A DNA stretch of 64,000 nucleotides from a virus. Taxonomy: Duplodnaviria > Heunggongvirae > Uroviricota > Caudoviricetes. Below are positions 19,786 to 29,468 of this stretch, piece after piece. How positions within the stretch are numbered: the first letter of the stretch is position 1; each line of letters opens with the position of its first letter. Position numbers and translations under genes: made by a program. Location: positions 35,307 through 99,306 of the IMG/VR virus record IMGVR_UViG_2541046997_000001. The stretch is one strand, 5' to 3'. Below the pieces are notes generated by a model. It worked only from the letters and a program-made list of their open reading frames with translations. It was not told where the DNA came from and searched no databases.

Positions 19786-20808
19786 TTAAACAAATGCATC
19801 ATCAGCATCATCAGAGTCTTCACGAATTACATATATTTGGGTAGTTTCGCTTGATTCATGCCCCAATAATTTCTGAGCTGTTTCAAGTGGGCGATGATTA
19901 TACACAACTAAATTAGTTGCCCTACTTCTTCGGAGACCGTGGGGAGTAAGTCTCTGCCCAACAATTGCTGAAAATTCATTAATACACCAATCATTGAATA
20001 CGCCTTCGCTCACTTGTCTTGTTTCGCCATTCTTTTGTTTAATTACAAACATGTAAGGACAATCATCTTCGCCACGAACTTCAATCCATTTTTTTAAAGC
20101 AATCATCACATCTTCGCCAAATTGAAGCTTTCTGATTTTACCAACTTTGCTTCTTCCTTTACACCTTATATCATGAGTTTTATACGAAACAGATTCTACT
20201 TCATGTTCTACTCCGTCTTCATCGATTATTTTTACCATTTTTCTTTTAGGTTCATAATTAATTACTTCTTTTAACAATTGCCTAGATTCAGCGCGGCGGC
20301 AGCCTGTGGAATATGTGTATTTTACGTAAGCTAATTTTTGCCACTCCTCACGTTTTTCTAATTCATTACATAGATAATCAATTTGCTCAGGAGTCAAAGG
20401 CTCTTTTGAAAATACTTTTCCTGTTTTGGGAACCTGCATTTCGGCAGTTACAAAATTACGAAAAGTTGGATATTCATCCTCATAAAAATTTTCAATAAAT
20501 TTATTCATAGCACTAACAGCAGATTTTTTAAATTTAATTCCGGATTCAGAAAAGCCTCTATTTGCAAGCCAATTCATATATCTAAGAAATTCTTTCTTTT
20601 TAATATCTATACACTTTTTATCTCGTAAATTATTTTTCACCCAAAGAAAAAATATTCTTAAGGCTGATTTGTACGCATTTATGCTTTTAGGTGAAAGATG
20701 TGTTTGATTGTTAAGATAATCATCAACCATTTCCCTATTAAATTCATTTACTGTTAACCAAATTTCATCTGTAATATCTTCTGATCTATTTGCTATCTTT
20801 TCATTCAA
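19786..20808 (-). CDS. Tyrosine recombinase
   Basis: YSTGCRRAE, KG, HGLRRSRAT, LGHESSETTQIY catalytic motifs. Confidence 0.92.
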   Translation of the reverse strand: MNEKIANRSEDITDEIWLTVNEFNREMVDDYLNNQTHLSPKSINAYKSALRIFFLWVKNNLRDKKCIDIKKKEFLRYMNWLANRGFSESGIKFKKSAVSAMNKFIENFYEDEYPTFRNFVTAEMQVPKTGKVFSKEPLTPEQIDYLCNELEKREEWQKLAYVKYTYSTGCRRAESRQLLKEVINYEPKRKMVKIIDEDGVEHEVESVSYKTHDIRCKGRSKVGKIRKLQFGEDVMIALKKWIEVRGEDDCPYMFVIKQKNGETRQVSEGVFNDWCINEFSAIVGQRLTPHGLRRSRATNLVVYNHRPLETAQKLLGHESSETTQIYVIREDSDDADDAFV

Positions 20809-21050
20809 AACATCACTTCCTTTTATTTAAATATTTATTTTCTCCTCACTCCATAGAAATAGGAGAGAAGCGCGAATGAGGTTACGCTTATCCGGTGGCT
20901 CATGACTTCCACCGTATCCCTCCTTGATATCCAATGTATCATTGAAGAATACAGCTAAACTGCATTGGATTTTCATTTGTCTTTGGTAGAGATAAACAAT
21001 CTGTTCACAATTCTCTTTACTTGTCAGACTGACAAACCATATGTATTTAA

Positions 21051-21824
21051 CTAATTTTTTGAGTTACAGATCCATTTTCCGTAATTTTCAATAATCCATT
21101 TTCTTCCTTTTTCTGTCCACTTCAAACACAGGTTAGAATTTTCAACATTATAGCTTTTGTAGTCTGCATAGTTTTCAGTGATAAGCCATTCATAGTCTGC
21201 ATAAGGACACCATGTACCAGAACTATTTTTAAAGATAATATTATTTGAATGCATTAGGTTGTTTAATTTTGCTGCACTGCGTAATCCTAAATCTTTTGCG
21301 ATAACAGTAGTATTAATAAGATCGTCTTTATTCAATACTTCGTCATGGTAATCCGCTTTTGGTTTCATTACTGTGTTCTCTGCAATGAGTGGTGCTGTAG
21401 CTCTATCTACCTCAATAGCAACTAATTTTTGATGAGATTGAACAACAACAAGTGGATCTTTATCAAACAATCCTAATCGTAGCTGATCTTCATTACTGAT
21501 ATAATTACCTGTTTTCCTAATAGAAGGTAATACTTCTGAAGTAACCCAGTGCTTAAAACTTTTCGCTGATTCCAGCTTACTCCCAAAGATGAGAGCATAA
21601 AGACCAGATTCATTAATTACCGTTACTGTTCTTCTCTGACCTGCGTACTCGATTTGGGTACTCAGCTTATCTTCGTCTAATACATGTTTAGGGACTGCGT
21701 TTTTAGGATTTGCATACCCCAATGCTTCGGCTACATCTTTTCCAACAAACCACGGCTCGTTATTAATTACAATTGTTCTTACTTGTCCAAACTCTTCGTT
21801 TTCAAAAATTTTTATTTCTTCCAT
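21051..21824 (-). CDS. Bro-N/KilAC (ANT) antirepressor
   Basis: FENEEFGQVRT...EPWFVGKDVA..LGY N-terminus; MKPKADYHD..L..DDLINTTVIAKD C-terminus. Confidence 0.9.
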   Translation of the reverse strand: MEEIKIFENEEFGQVRTIVINNEPWFVGKDVAEALGYANPKNAVPKHVLDEDKLSTQIEYAGQRRTVTVINESGLYALIFGSKLESAKSFKHWVTSEVLPSIRKTGNYISNEDQLRLGLFDKDPLVVVQSHQKLVAIEVDRATAPLIAENTVMKPKADYHDEVLNKDDLINTTVIAKDLGLRSAAKLNNLMHSNNIIFKNSSGTWCPYADYEWLITENYADYKSYNVENSNLCLKWTEKGRKWIIENYGKWICNSKN

Positions 21825-22056
21825 ATAAAATTCCTCCAATATTTTTAATTGAAGGTAGAGATAGGAGAGTATCAACCGTCCTACTTTAACTCTTTATCAG
21901 ATTATCCATCTGGCCAATTACCGGCAGCGCAGTCGGAACTTACCCGACACATTCCTTTTGCTGATGTCTTAATTTCTTATTCTCCTAATTGAGAACACAA
22001 AAATAGATCCGTAAGCTGTGACACCTACGGATCCCAAAAAGTATATGAGTATTAAA

Positions 22057-22644
22057 TTACAAACCAAAAATTTCCAATAAATCTCTCATTTCATCAGAAT
22101 CAAGTCTTTCTGTTGAATAGAATGATAATGTGGTAAACCCGTTATCATCATTACGCGTAGCCGTAAAGCCATGCACATCATTGTCTTCTTCGCATTCTTT
22201 ACAGAAGATACATTCATCATTACAAAAATCATCGAATTCTTCATCATTAATGTGAACTTCACAAATATAATTTGCTTCACATTTTTCTAATACTTTAGAG
22301 CTGCAACTATCTAAAATGTATGAAAAATGTGATTCACAATAAATATATTCATCTTCTCGTTTTAATGGTTCACACCAAATTTCCCCATCATAAATAGTAA
22401 TAATATATTCGTCAATATATCCATCATATTCTGGATCCGCGAGTTGACAAAAAACAATGTCATATTCTGATTTACAAAGATATGAAATAATTTCTTTTGC
22501 CTCATCATACTTTGCGATAAAACTAATATCCGACGTATCTTCATCAGATGGGAATCTATTTAAGGATTCGTATGTATCAACAACATCTTCACATAATTCC
22601 AAAATGGAATCATATGTTTTATTTCTAATTTTATTTGTATTCAA
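22057..22644 (-). CDS. Acidic hypothetical protein
   Basis: ORF track; TTG start after AGGTGG. Confidence 0.65.
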   Translation of the reverse strand: MNTNKIRNKTYDSILELCEDVVDTYESLNRFPSDEDTSDISFIAKYDEAKEIISYLCKSEYDIVFCQLADPEYDGYIDEYIITIYDGEIWCEPLKREDEYIYCESHFSYILDSCSSKVLEKCEANYICEVHINDEEFDDFCNDECIFCKECEEDNDVHGFTATRNDDNGFTTLSFYSTERLDSDEMRDLLEIFGL

Positions 22645-22661
22645 TAGAATCACCACCTATC

Positions 22662-22937
22662 TTATACATTTACTTTATCTTTTAATGCTTTACCTGCCTT
22701 GAATTTTACATTTTTAGAAGCTCCGATCAACATTGTTTCTCCAGACTGTGGGTTTCTACCCATTCTTTCAGCTCTTTCTCTTACTTCAAAAGTTCCGAAA
22801 CCTGCAATCGCTACCTTTTCTCCTTTAATTAATTCTTCTGTAATCACTTCTAAAACAGCATCAACGACATCTTTTGTTGCGACCTGTGTAAGACCTGCTC
22901 GTCCTGAAACTTCTTTAATTAATTCTAATTTATTCAT
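22662..22937 (-). CDS. hup: HU family DNA-binding protein
   Basis: MNKLELIKEV...IAGFGTFEVRERAERMGRNPQSGE...VKFKAGKALKDKV. Confidence 0.95.
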   Translation of the reverse strand: MNKLELIKEVSGRAGLTQVATKDVVDAVLEVITEELIKGEKVAIAGFGTFEVRERAERMGRNPQSGETMLIGASKNVKFKAGKALKDKVNV

Positions 22938-22997
22938 AAATATTATCTCCTTTTTATCAACTAATTTTTCTAGTAATATAATTTTTCTTTCATTCAT

Positions 22998-24188
22998 CTA
23001 AGTGAATTTAACATCATATACACAATCTAATCCGTCATCTGTTATAACTGAAATTAATTGCTCAGGTCTGTTTTGTAATCTATTGTCTAAGCAATAATTA
23101 TCAACGCCAGAAATGCAGCCTGACTGTAAAATTTTCACATTATAAACAGTAGACATTGCATTTACATGACGATGGCTCATATATACAATATCCGGTCGTA
23201 TTTGCGTCATAAGAGACAGTTTTTGTACAACTGTTTTTGGATCATCTTTATCTCCGTGGACACCAAAAATTTTTGTACCTCTAACAGAAAACATCACAAT
23301 TGATTCATCAATTTCATTTTCATGGAATTCAATGTTCTTAAAGTTCTGTAACTTAGCCTGTAAAAATGGAATAGCAAGACAGTCCATATTTTCGCCTTTC
23401 AAAGACTCTTCCTTTTTTGCATGTAATCTGGAATGATTTCCGGGACAAACATAAACGTGAACTTCATTAAATTTATAACTAAGTTCTGCTAAAAATTGTG
23501 AAATACAATCCGATACGGATAAGAACTGTTCAATCAGATTCTGATTGCTTTCAATACGAAGAGAGTTATGGATCAACCCAGAAATCATCTCGCTTATAAT
23601 TACATGAATGTTCTCTGATCCATGTCGTAAATATACTTCAAAAATTTTATCCAAATATTGCCTAAATCTATCATACATAACATTTGTGTTGTATTTATTA
23701 AACCAGTTATCGATTTCAATTCCTCCATGAATATCTGTTACTGAAACGACTAAATCATTGTTGGATTTCAAAATTCCTTTAAACGGTTTTCTCTTATCGT
23801 AATCCAGTGGCTGTCCGTGATATTCAGAAATTGATCTTAGAATTTGTTCTTTATAAGATTCTTTTCTAGCTTCTTCACGAATCAATTTACGATATTCATT
23901 ACGCTCATCGCGTGTTTTAATACGCTCCTTTTCTAAAAGAATACGCTCTTCCTTTAGTTCTTGAAGCTGTGCAGCGCTATTTGCAAACTTAGATTGATTT
24001 GCATCAAGAACTTGCTGAAAATACTGAACTCGTTTTCTGTAGGCTGATTCTGTATAATTATGACCGAGAAGAGAATTTAGCACTGTAGCTACATCATTCC
24101 AAGTTCCGATATTTTCTTTATCATTACAAATTCTCAGGATAAGTTCATCATCGCTTTCTCCGTCAAACTTTTTATAATTATGTACTAT
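22998..24188 (-). CDS. Metallophosphoesterase-fold protein (SPbeta YonJ-like position); probable ATA start
   Basis: VTDIHGG, PGNHSR, GVHGD, SHRH motifs; frame open to ATA at 24188 with AAGGCGGTG RBS, while the GTG at 24083 has no RBS. Confidence 0.75.
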   Translation of the reverse strand: MVHNYKKFDGESDDELILRICNDKENIGTWNDVATVLNSLLGHNYTESAYRKRVQYFQQVLDANQSKFANSAAQLQELKEERILLEKERIKTRDERNEYRKLIREEARKESYKEQILRSISEYHGQPLDYDKRKPFKGILKSNNDLVVSVTDIHGGIEIDNWFNKYNTNVMYDRFRQYLDKIFEVYLRHGSENIHVIISEMISGLIHNSLRIESNQNLIEQFLSVSDCISQFLAELSYKFNEVHVYVCPGNHSRLHAKKEESLKGENMDCLAIPFLQAKLQNFKNIEFHENEIDESIVMFSVRGTKIFGVHGDKDDPKTVVQKLSLMTQIRPDIVYMSHRHVNAMSTVYNVKILQSGCISGVDNYCLDNRLQNRPEQLISVITDDGLDCVYDVKFT

Positions 24189-24202
24189 AACAACACACCG
24201 CC

Positions 24203-24406
24203 TTACATTTCTTCAGATTCCAGTGGTAATTCCACAGTGATTTTAAACCCAACCTGTTCTGTTCCTTCTGGAAGCGCATCAAGAACCTGCTGTGTAATAT
24301 CGCCTGTTTCGTCTACAAATTTTAAATCTTTTACAAAGATTCCATCTAATTTAATATTCTGTTTTGCTGGTGTTAATTTTTCTTCTGTTTTTGTAATTTT
24401 AATCAT
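24203..24406 (-). CDS. Small hypothetical protein (YonK-like position)
   Basis: ORF with RBS GGAGAA. Confidence 0.65.
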   Translation of the reverse strand: MIKITKTEEKLTPAKQNIKLDGIFVKDLKFVDETGDITQQVLDALPEGTEQVGFKITVELPLESEEM

Positions 24407-24471
24407 ATTCAAATTCTCCTTTAAACTAAAAATAGAAGAGTAGTAGTATACTCTCCGATGATATTTTGCAA

Positions 24472-24684
24472 TTATTTTACTGTGATGTTTTTTAGATGCC
24501 TGCGATAGAACGATAATGCGCCTTCTTTGATCACAACTCGTTTATGCAGTTTCTTATCATACCGACATACATCATGTTCTTCTACAAGATAATAAGTCGG
24601 ATGTTTGGACTTTGATTTTTTGACAAATTCTTCAAATCCATTTTTTCGCATATAAAATGCATCGTTTTTTGAAATTTTAATTAT
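24472..24684 (-). CDS. Small basic hypothetical protein; probable ATA start
   Basis: Manual translation IIKISKNDAFYMRKNGFEEFVKKSKSKHPTYYLVEE...KNITVK (70 codons); RBS GAAGAAGG. Confidence 0.5.
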   Translation of the reverse strand: MIKISKNDAFYMRKNGFEEFVKKSKSKHPTYYLVEEHDVCRYDKKLHKRVVIKEGALSFYRRHLKNITVK

Positions 24685-24729
24685 TTTAAAAACCTTCTTC
24701 CATATTTATTTCCCCGTAAGGGATAGTAA

Positions 24730-24800
24730 CAGGTCGGGCAGGAGTTGAACCTGCATCGTTAGTTTTGGAGACTATAATGCTACCATTACACCACCGACCC
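24730..24800 (-). tRNA. tRNA-Trp(CCA)
   Basis: GGGTCGG...CCGACCT acceptor; ATAGT-CTCCAAA-ACTAA anticodon arm; GCAGG-TTCAACT-CCTGC T arm. Confidence 0.93.
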
Positions 24801-24964
24801 AATGTGAGAAACTGGCAGCAATACCGCAAGATTTACGGTATCACTACCAGTTAAGAAAGGAGCGTATGAAGAATTCATACAAAAATGAAAATAAGTATTT
24901 ACCTATGGACATAGATGGAACTTCTCCCTACATTAACATACCGTCATAATATTCTGTCACTATT

Positions 24965-25560
24965 TACAAAAGGCTGGGCACAAAGGAGCTACCTTTATAC
25001 CTCTTTTGCATCTGATAAACAGCAATTATAGATGTGAGTGGTTACACATAACTTTCACCCAGGTCATTCAGCAATATATGAGAGCAGATATTAAACCATT
25101 GTTCTATTAATATAATTTTCCAATCCTTTTTAATTCGTCAATTTGGGCTACTCGCACCTCTAACAGATCTTATACAAAAATTTCTTTTTTTCAACGACGC
25201 AACTGACTTGTTTGGATTTTCCTTACTTATTTCCTATAAGATTCCACCCTTATAGGCATCAGGATTATTACTCCACCGGAGTCGTCTATTATGCCAGTGA
25301 TCTGACGAGTACATTTTACGGCAATATGTTTTTGCAAATATGTTTGATTTTGACGGTTTCCGTCTTTCTGTTTATACCTCGCAGTATTCCAGAAGATACA
25401 ATATGAAACTATCGCATCATATCACATCTCATCGTACACATATTCTCAGCATGGTGACTAACCAATCTGCACTGAGTTACCTATATCCATAAGCAAATAC
25501 TTATTCGGGCAAAAGCCCAAGCCCCATATTAGGGGCTATATTTTTATAGATATATCTCCG
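24965..25560 (-). ncRNA. Candidate large structured ncRNA (ROOL/GOLLD-class context); boundaries approximate
   Basis: ORF-free on the minus strand, dense hairpins with G-U pairs on the minus strand, upstream of tRNA-Trp. Confidence 0.6.
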
Positions 25561-25725
25561 TATTTATTAAACGCTTCGGCAATAGCGTTAGAGAGAAAAT
25601 TGCAAAGATCATGTTTCCTCTCCATATTACGGACGAAGTTGAATGTTAAAAAACATTGATTTTAAAGGATATTTTAGCAGTTTAGACAAAATAATTCGGC
25701 ATTTTTTGTGATAAATATACAAATT

Positions 25726-28488
25726 CTATTTCGAAATAAAGTTTTGCAGAAAAACATCCTTGTTCATTTTATATAAATAATTCAATATTTTTCTTGAATA
25801 TTTAGAACTAATACCTTTTGTCTTATGGCTGTTCCCAACACCATTATCTAGACCAAATGCTGTTTCAATTAATCTGTTTATTGTTACGACATTTCTAATT
25901 TTAATTTTTCTTAATTCAGCTAGAAGATTATTAGATTCAGAAACCAGCTGCTCATTAATTTCATCTTGATCATCATTAGTGATATGAAGATTTTTTACAA
26001 ATTTATCATAATCTTCAATCAATCCTCTTATTTTCGTCATCTGCCGGTTATTTGCTTTTCCATCCATTTTGATAAAAAAATCTGAAATAGGAACGGATTT
26101 TGATGTACTTGCAGGTTTTATTCCATCAAGACATTCTTCGAGCCAATTCATCGGACATATTAATGATGGATTGATTCTATTTTTTAATTTGTTCTTGTTT
26201 TCAATAATCTCTTTTTGAGGCAATTCTTTACCGTTTTTTGTTATTTTAACTGTTCGTGTGTATCTCATAAATTCAGGAAAGTCATATTTCTTTTTTACGG
26301 TTTTCCCTTCCTTATTCACGCCAGATCTAGTTAATTTCATACATGGCATTTTACTTATTCTATCAATTTCTTTCATTGCATCGATTTCATATTCCCTTTT
26401 GCATCCATCAATAACAACTTGAGCAAGAACCGATAGTATTACAAAGTTATCATACAAATCTTTTAAGATTATTTCGTCAGGAATTTCTTTTTGTAATTCA
26501 GTCCAATAATAGGTTAGAGCTAACTGTGCCAGGTTACTAGAATATCCTATTCCAATTCTTGATTTTGAGAATTTGTTATCCATTCGAGCATATTCTAACA
26601 TTGTGTTCTTATATGTAATACCACTTTCTTTTAAGGCATTTACAATGGTAGGAAAATCACGATAACAAATTTCTGCGTATTTTACCATAACAGGATTGTT
26701 TGTAACCAAGTTAAAATCCGAGTCGAAATCCTCCCCGTTCATACGGTCTTGAACATCTGTGCCAATGCAATTTACTGCCATAATATTTTTACTAAAGTCA
26801 AAATATCTTGACATTTCTGGGCTGTACACATTGTGGAAATGGCAACAATTGTTTGGTGAATTATGAGGATTTCTAAATCCGCAAAGATATTCTCCATCAT
26901 CAAATCTACGTGTGTAACATTGGATGCTATTTTCCTCCGGTGAAAAAGTTGGATCTTGTGTCCAGTCTTCTCCAACTGAATAGAGTAGAAGGGCATATGG
27001 ATTACCACACACTGTTAGATTGTCACCATTAACAAGAATTTTACCTTTTCTCATTCTATGAACATAATCAAAGATTATTTTCTTTTTTTCATTTCTAAAC
27101 CACGATGAATCAGCAATATTATTATTATATTTATATAAGTCAGCAAGCATTTCGTAATGATTTATCTCGTTAGAATATTTTCGTAAAAATTTTTCAAACT
27201 CGTTATTATCAGTTTTTAATGACTCAATATATTTTACTGTATCCGATGCAATCTCATAAACATCTTCTTTATGACACGGCAGAGTGTTGATCATTTGATA
27301 ACTCAACTGTTGTAATTCATCAAATTTACTTTTATGATCTGTTTTCACAATTCCCCATATATTATTATCTTTACGAATTCTTTCGCACCAGTATTCATAT
27401 GCAGCTAATGGTGTTCCACCCATTATATCAATAAATTTTTTCCACTTTATAGCATTGTCTGTTGTGATTACCTTTATATCTTTTACATAATGCAGATTTC
27501 CAAACATATCTTTTACTTGATATGTGTCATAATCTAATCCATTTTGCAAACACCAATCTCTGAAAAATAATTGAATGCGACCTTTAAATCCACACATTTT
27601 AAATAGATGATTTCGTAATAAAGCCATACCATTTATCCACTTTGGAAGATATGAAGATTCAATAATTCCCATACCGTCCCAAAGAGTATTCTTTACCTCT
27701 CGTTCTTCCGAAGCAACTATACATTTTTTCTTTTCGATACCAGTTATATCTTTATATTTTTCCGCTTTTACTACCTTTACAAATGTTTTAAAGAATGAAT
27801 CTTGATCTTTTAAAATCAAAATATCTTCAACAGGAATACTCATTGTTCCAACAATAGTAGATGTGGTGAGAGGGGCATAAGCCGACATTTCTACAATCTT
27901 AGCATTATCGTGTGACATTTTTTTACCCAAACCAATAGTTAACCAATCATACGCATTCTCATATAATTTTTCATTTATGAAAATAACTTGTCCAACTTTT
28001 GCTTTTGCACTGGTTCTAAATAGCATTACATAATGGATAGTTTCAATAATTTCTTTTCCTTCTTTATCGGTGTGTTTATAGGATATATCAACTCCATTCT
28101 GATAAAAGTCTTCTCTAATTTCATCTCTGTTTTTTTCTTTATATAATTTTTTCTTTTCTTCTATTTTTTTTAGAAGATATTCAATTTTTTCTTTATTTTC
28201 TATTGAATCTGTATTATCCTTTAAAGTTTCAAGCCGTTTCTTTTCATCTTCATAAGATCGACTTCCGAAATCAAAATCTAAACATATTATGTCACGAGTA
28301 AATTCTTTTTTGTTCTTAGCATTTTTATGAATATTGATTCCGTTTTCTTTAAGATGATAACTAAACAAACTATTATTTAGCATAGCTTCTGTGTAAGTAA
28401 AATAATCTCTTACACCAATATTTGTATCATAAACCATACCAGCTTTTATATTTTTAATTCTAATTCCAAATTCACTTATGTTCTCCAT
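25726..28488 (-). CDS. yonO: YonO-like single-subunit DNA-dependent RNA polymerase (RdRP-like fold)
   Basis: 920 aa; NTLWDG, RNHLFK, FRNPH and catalytic DFDSD; directly upstream of the co-oriented late operon, as in SPbeta. Confidence 0.85.
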   Translation of the reverse strand: MENISEFGIRIKNIKAGMVYDTNIGVRDYFTYTEAMLNNSLFSYHLKENGINIHKNAKNKKEFTRDIICLDFDFGSRSYEDEKKRLETLKDNTDSIENKEKIEYLLKKIEEKKKLYKEKNRDEIREDFYQNGVDISYKHTDKEGKEIIETIHYVMLFRTSAKAKVGQVIFINEKLYENAYDWLTIGLGKKMSHDNAKIVEMSAYAPLTTSTIVGTMSIPVEDILILKDQDSFFKTFVKVVKAEKYKDITGIEKKKCIVASEEREVKNTLWDGMGIIESSYLPKWINGMALLRNHLFKMCGFKGRIQLFFRDWCLQNGLDYDTYQVKDMFGNLHYVKDIKVITTDNAIKWKKFIDIMGGTPLAAYEYWCERIRKDNNIWGIVKTDHKSKFDELQQLSYQMINTLPCHKEDVYEIASDTVKYIESLKTDNNEFEKFLRKYSNEINHYEMLADLYKYNNNIADSSWFRNEKKKIIFDYVHRMRKGKILVNGDNLTVCGNPYALLLYSVGEDWTQDPTFSPEENSIQCYTRRFDDGEYLCGFRNPHNSPNNCCHFHNVYSPEMSRYFDFSKNIMAVNCIGTDVQDRMNGEDFDSDFNLVTNNPVMVKYAEICYRDFPTIVNALKESGITYKNTMLEYARMDNKFSKSRIGIGYSSNLAQLALTYYWTELQKEIPDEIILKDLYDNFVILSVLAQVVIDGCKREYEIDAMKEIDRISKMPCMKLTRSGVNKEGKTVKKKYDFPEFMRYTRTVKITKNGKELPQKEIIENKNKLKNRINPSLICPMNWLEECLDGIKPASTSKSVPISDFFIKMDGKANNRQMTKIRGLIEDYDKFVKNLHITNDDQDEINEQLVSESNNLLAELRKIKIRNVVTINRLIETAFGLDNGVGNSHKTKGISSKYSRKILNYLYKMNKDVFLQNFISK

Positions 28489-28530
28489 CCTCCATCCTAT
28501 ATGTATATTTAAAGACTTGCGTTCACTGTA

Positions 28531-28731
28531 TTATTTTCTAAAGTTCTTTCCAGAATTCTCAGACCATGTAATTGATCTGGCGATCTTTTGAATTTTTTTA
28601 CCACCTTCTTGGCAACCATTTGTAAAAAAGTCACCAACATTCAATGTTTCCATAGCATATTTATGGAATTCTGATCTTGTTGGAATTCTAAGGTTCATAT
28701 TTGCTGTTTCTGTATAACTTGTATTGATCAT
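28531..28731 (-). CDS. Hypothetical protein
   Basis: ORF track; RBS GAGGAG. Confidence 0.6.
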   Translation of the reverse strand: MINTSYTETANMNLRIPTRSEFHKYAMETLNVGDFFTNGCQEGGKKIQKIARSITWSENSGKNFRK

Positions 28732-29002
28732 GTTTTATCTCCTCTGTTTTAAAATATTTTTTATTCATATAACTCGCTCCTTTTGATTGAAGTGTTTAAT
28801 AGTTACATTTATATAATTCTCTTTACAAAATTCTTCTTAACAAACCTTTCCATATCTGATACAATACAATTGATGCATCACTGTAACCCGTCAACCAATA
28901 CCACAACTGATTGTTCAGGTACGGAAAGGAGTGGCATCATCATTTTTGACATCTTAGGTAAATTCTCCCTAGTGGTATGCTTTATTCACGAAAGGAGAGT
29001 TA

Positions 29003-29242
29003 ATGACAGAATTACTAACAGTCGGTTCTCCTGTTGTCTTAGCAATAATTTTTGCTTTTGGTAAATATGTAATTAATCTAATAGGCTCATTTGTCGCAGT
29101 TTTGATTAAAAAACATTATGAACTAAAAGAATTGAAATTATTACTCGACTCAGGAGTAGACAATGCCGTAGTCACAAATGACTACATTGCTTTTGGATCA
29201 AAGCAAGAATTAGGTACGCTAAATTCTAATTCTCCGCAATAA
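29003..29242 (+). CDS. Counter-oriented small membrane protein
   Basis: RBS AAGGAG; hydrophobic N-half VVLAIIFAFGKYVINLIGSFVAVLI. Confidence 0.65.
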   Translation: MTELLTVGSPVVLAIIFAFGKYVINLIGSFVAVLIKKHYELKELKLLLDSGVDNAVVTNDYIAFGSKQELGTLNSNSPQ

Positions 29243-29468
29243 TCCAAAATGTGTGAACTAATTTCGTTCACAAAATATCTTATGCAGTTAAGGTATTTTC
29301 TAGGGATACCTTTGCTGCATATCCAATGTGATAGAAAATTTTATGTTTTCACTCACATTCACCTCCGTTTCTTTTTTCTTGAAATCTGGTTTTAATGTTA
29401 CTGATTGGTGTGGTGTATTATGGATATATTTTTATTCACTGTTTGTTTATGAAGTTCGAAGAAAAGCT

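Noticed and set aside
19786-20808. Calling this recombinase the prophage integrase with attL/attR
   Set aside because: It sits inside the late region with phage genes on both sides; no host junction or duplicated tRNA 3' end is visible.
15820-24730. Theta/HDV-like ribozymes 3' of the two tRNAs
   Set aside because: The downstream sequences are AT-rich with no nested double pseudoknot.
25300-25325. CTGACGA-GTA...TAC hammerhead-like string (plus strand)
   Set aside because: No GAAA after the stem and no stem III/NUH; it is the antisense of the large RNA candidate.
25212-25406. 64-aa plus-strand ORF in the ncRNA region
   Set aside because: No RBS, and it opposes the strand indicated by G-U pairing; treated as a shadow.
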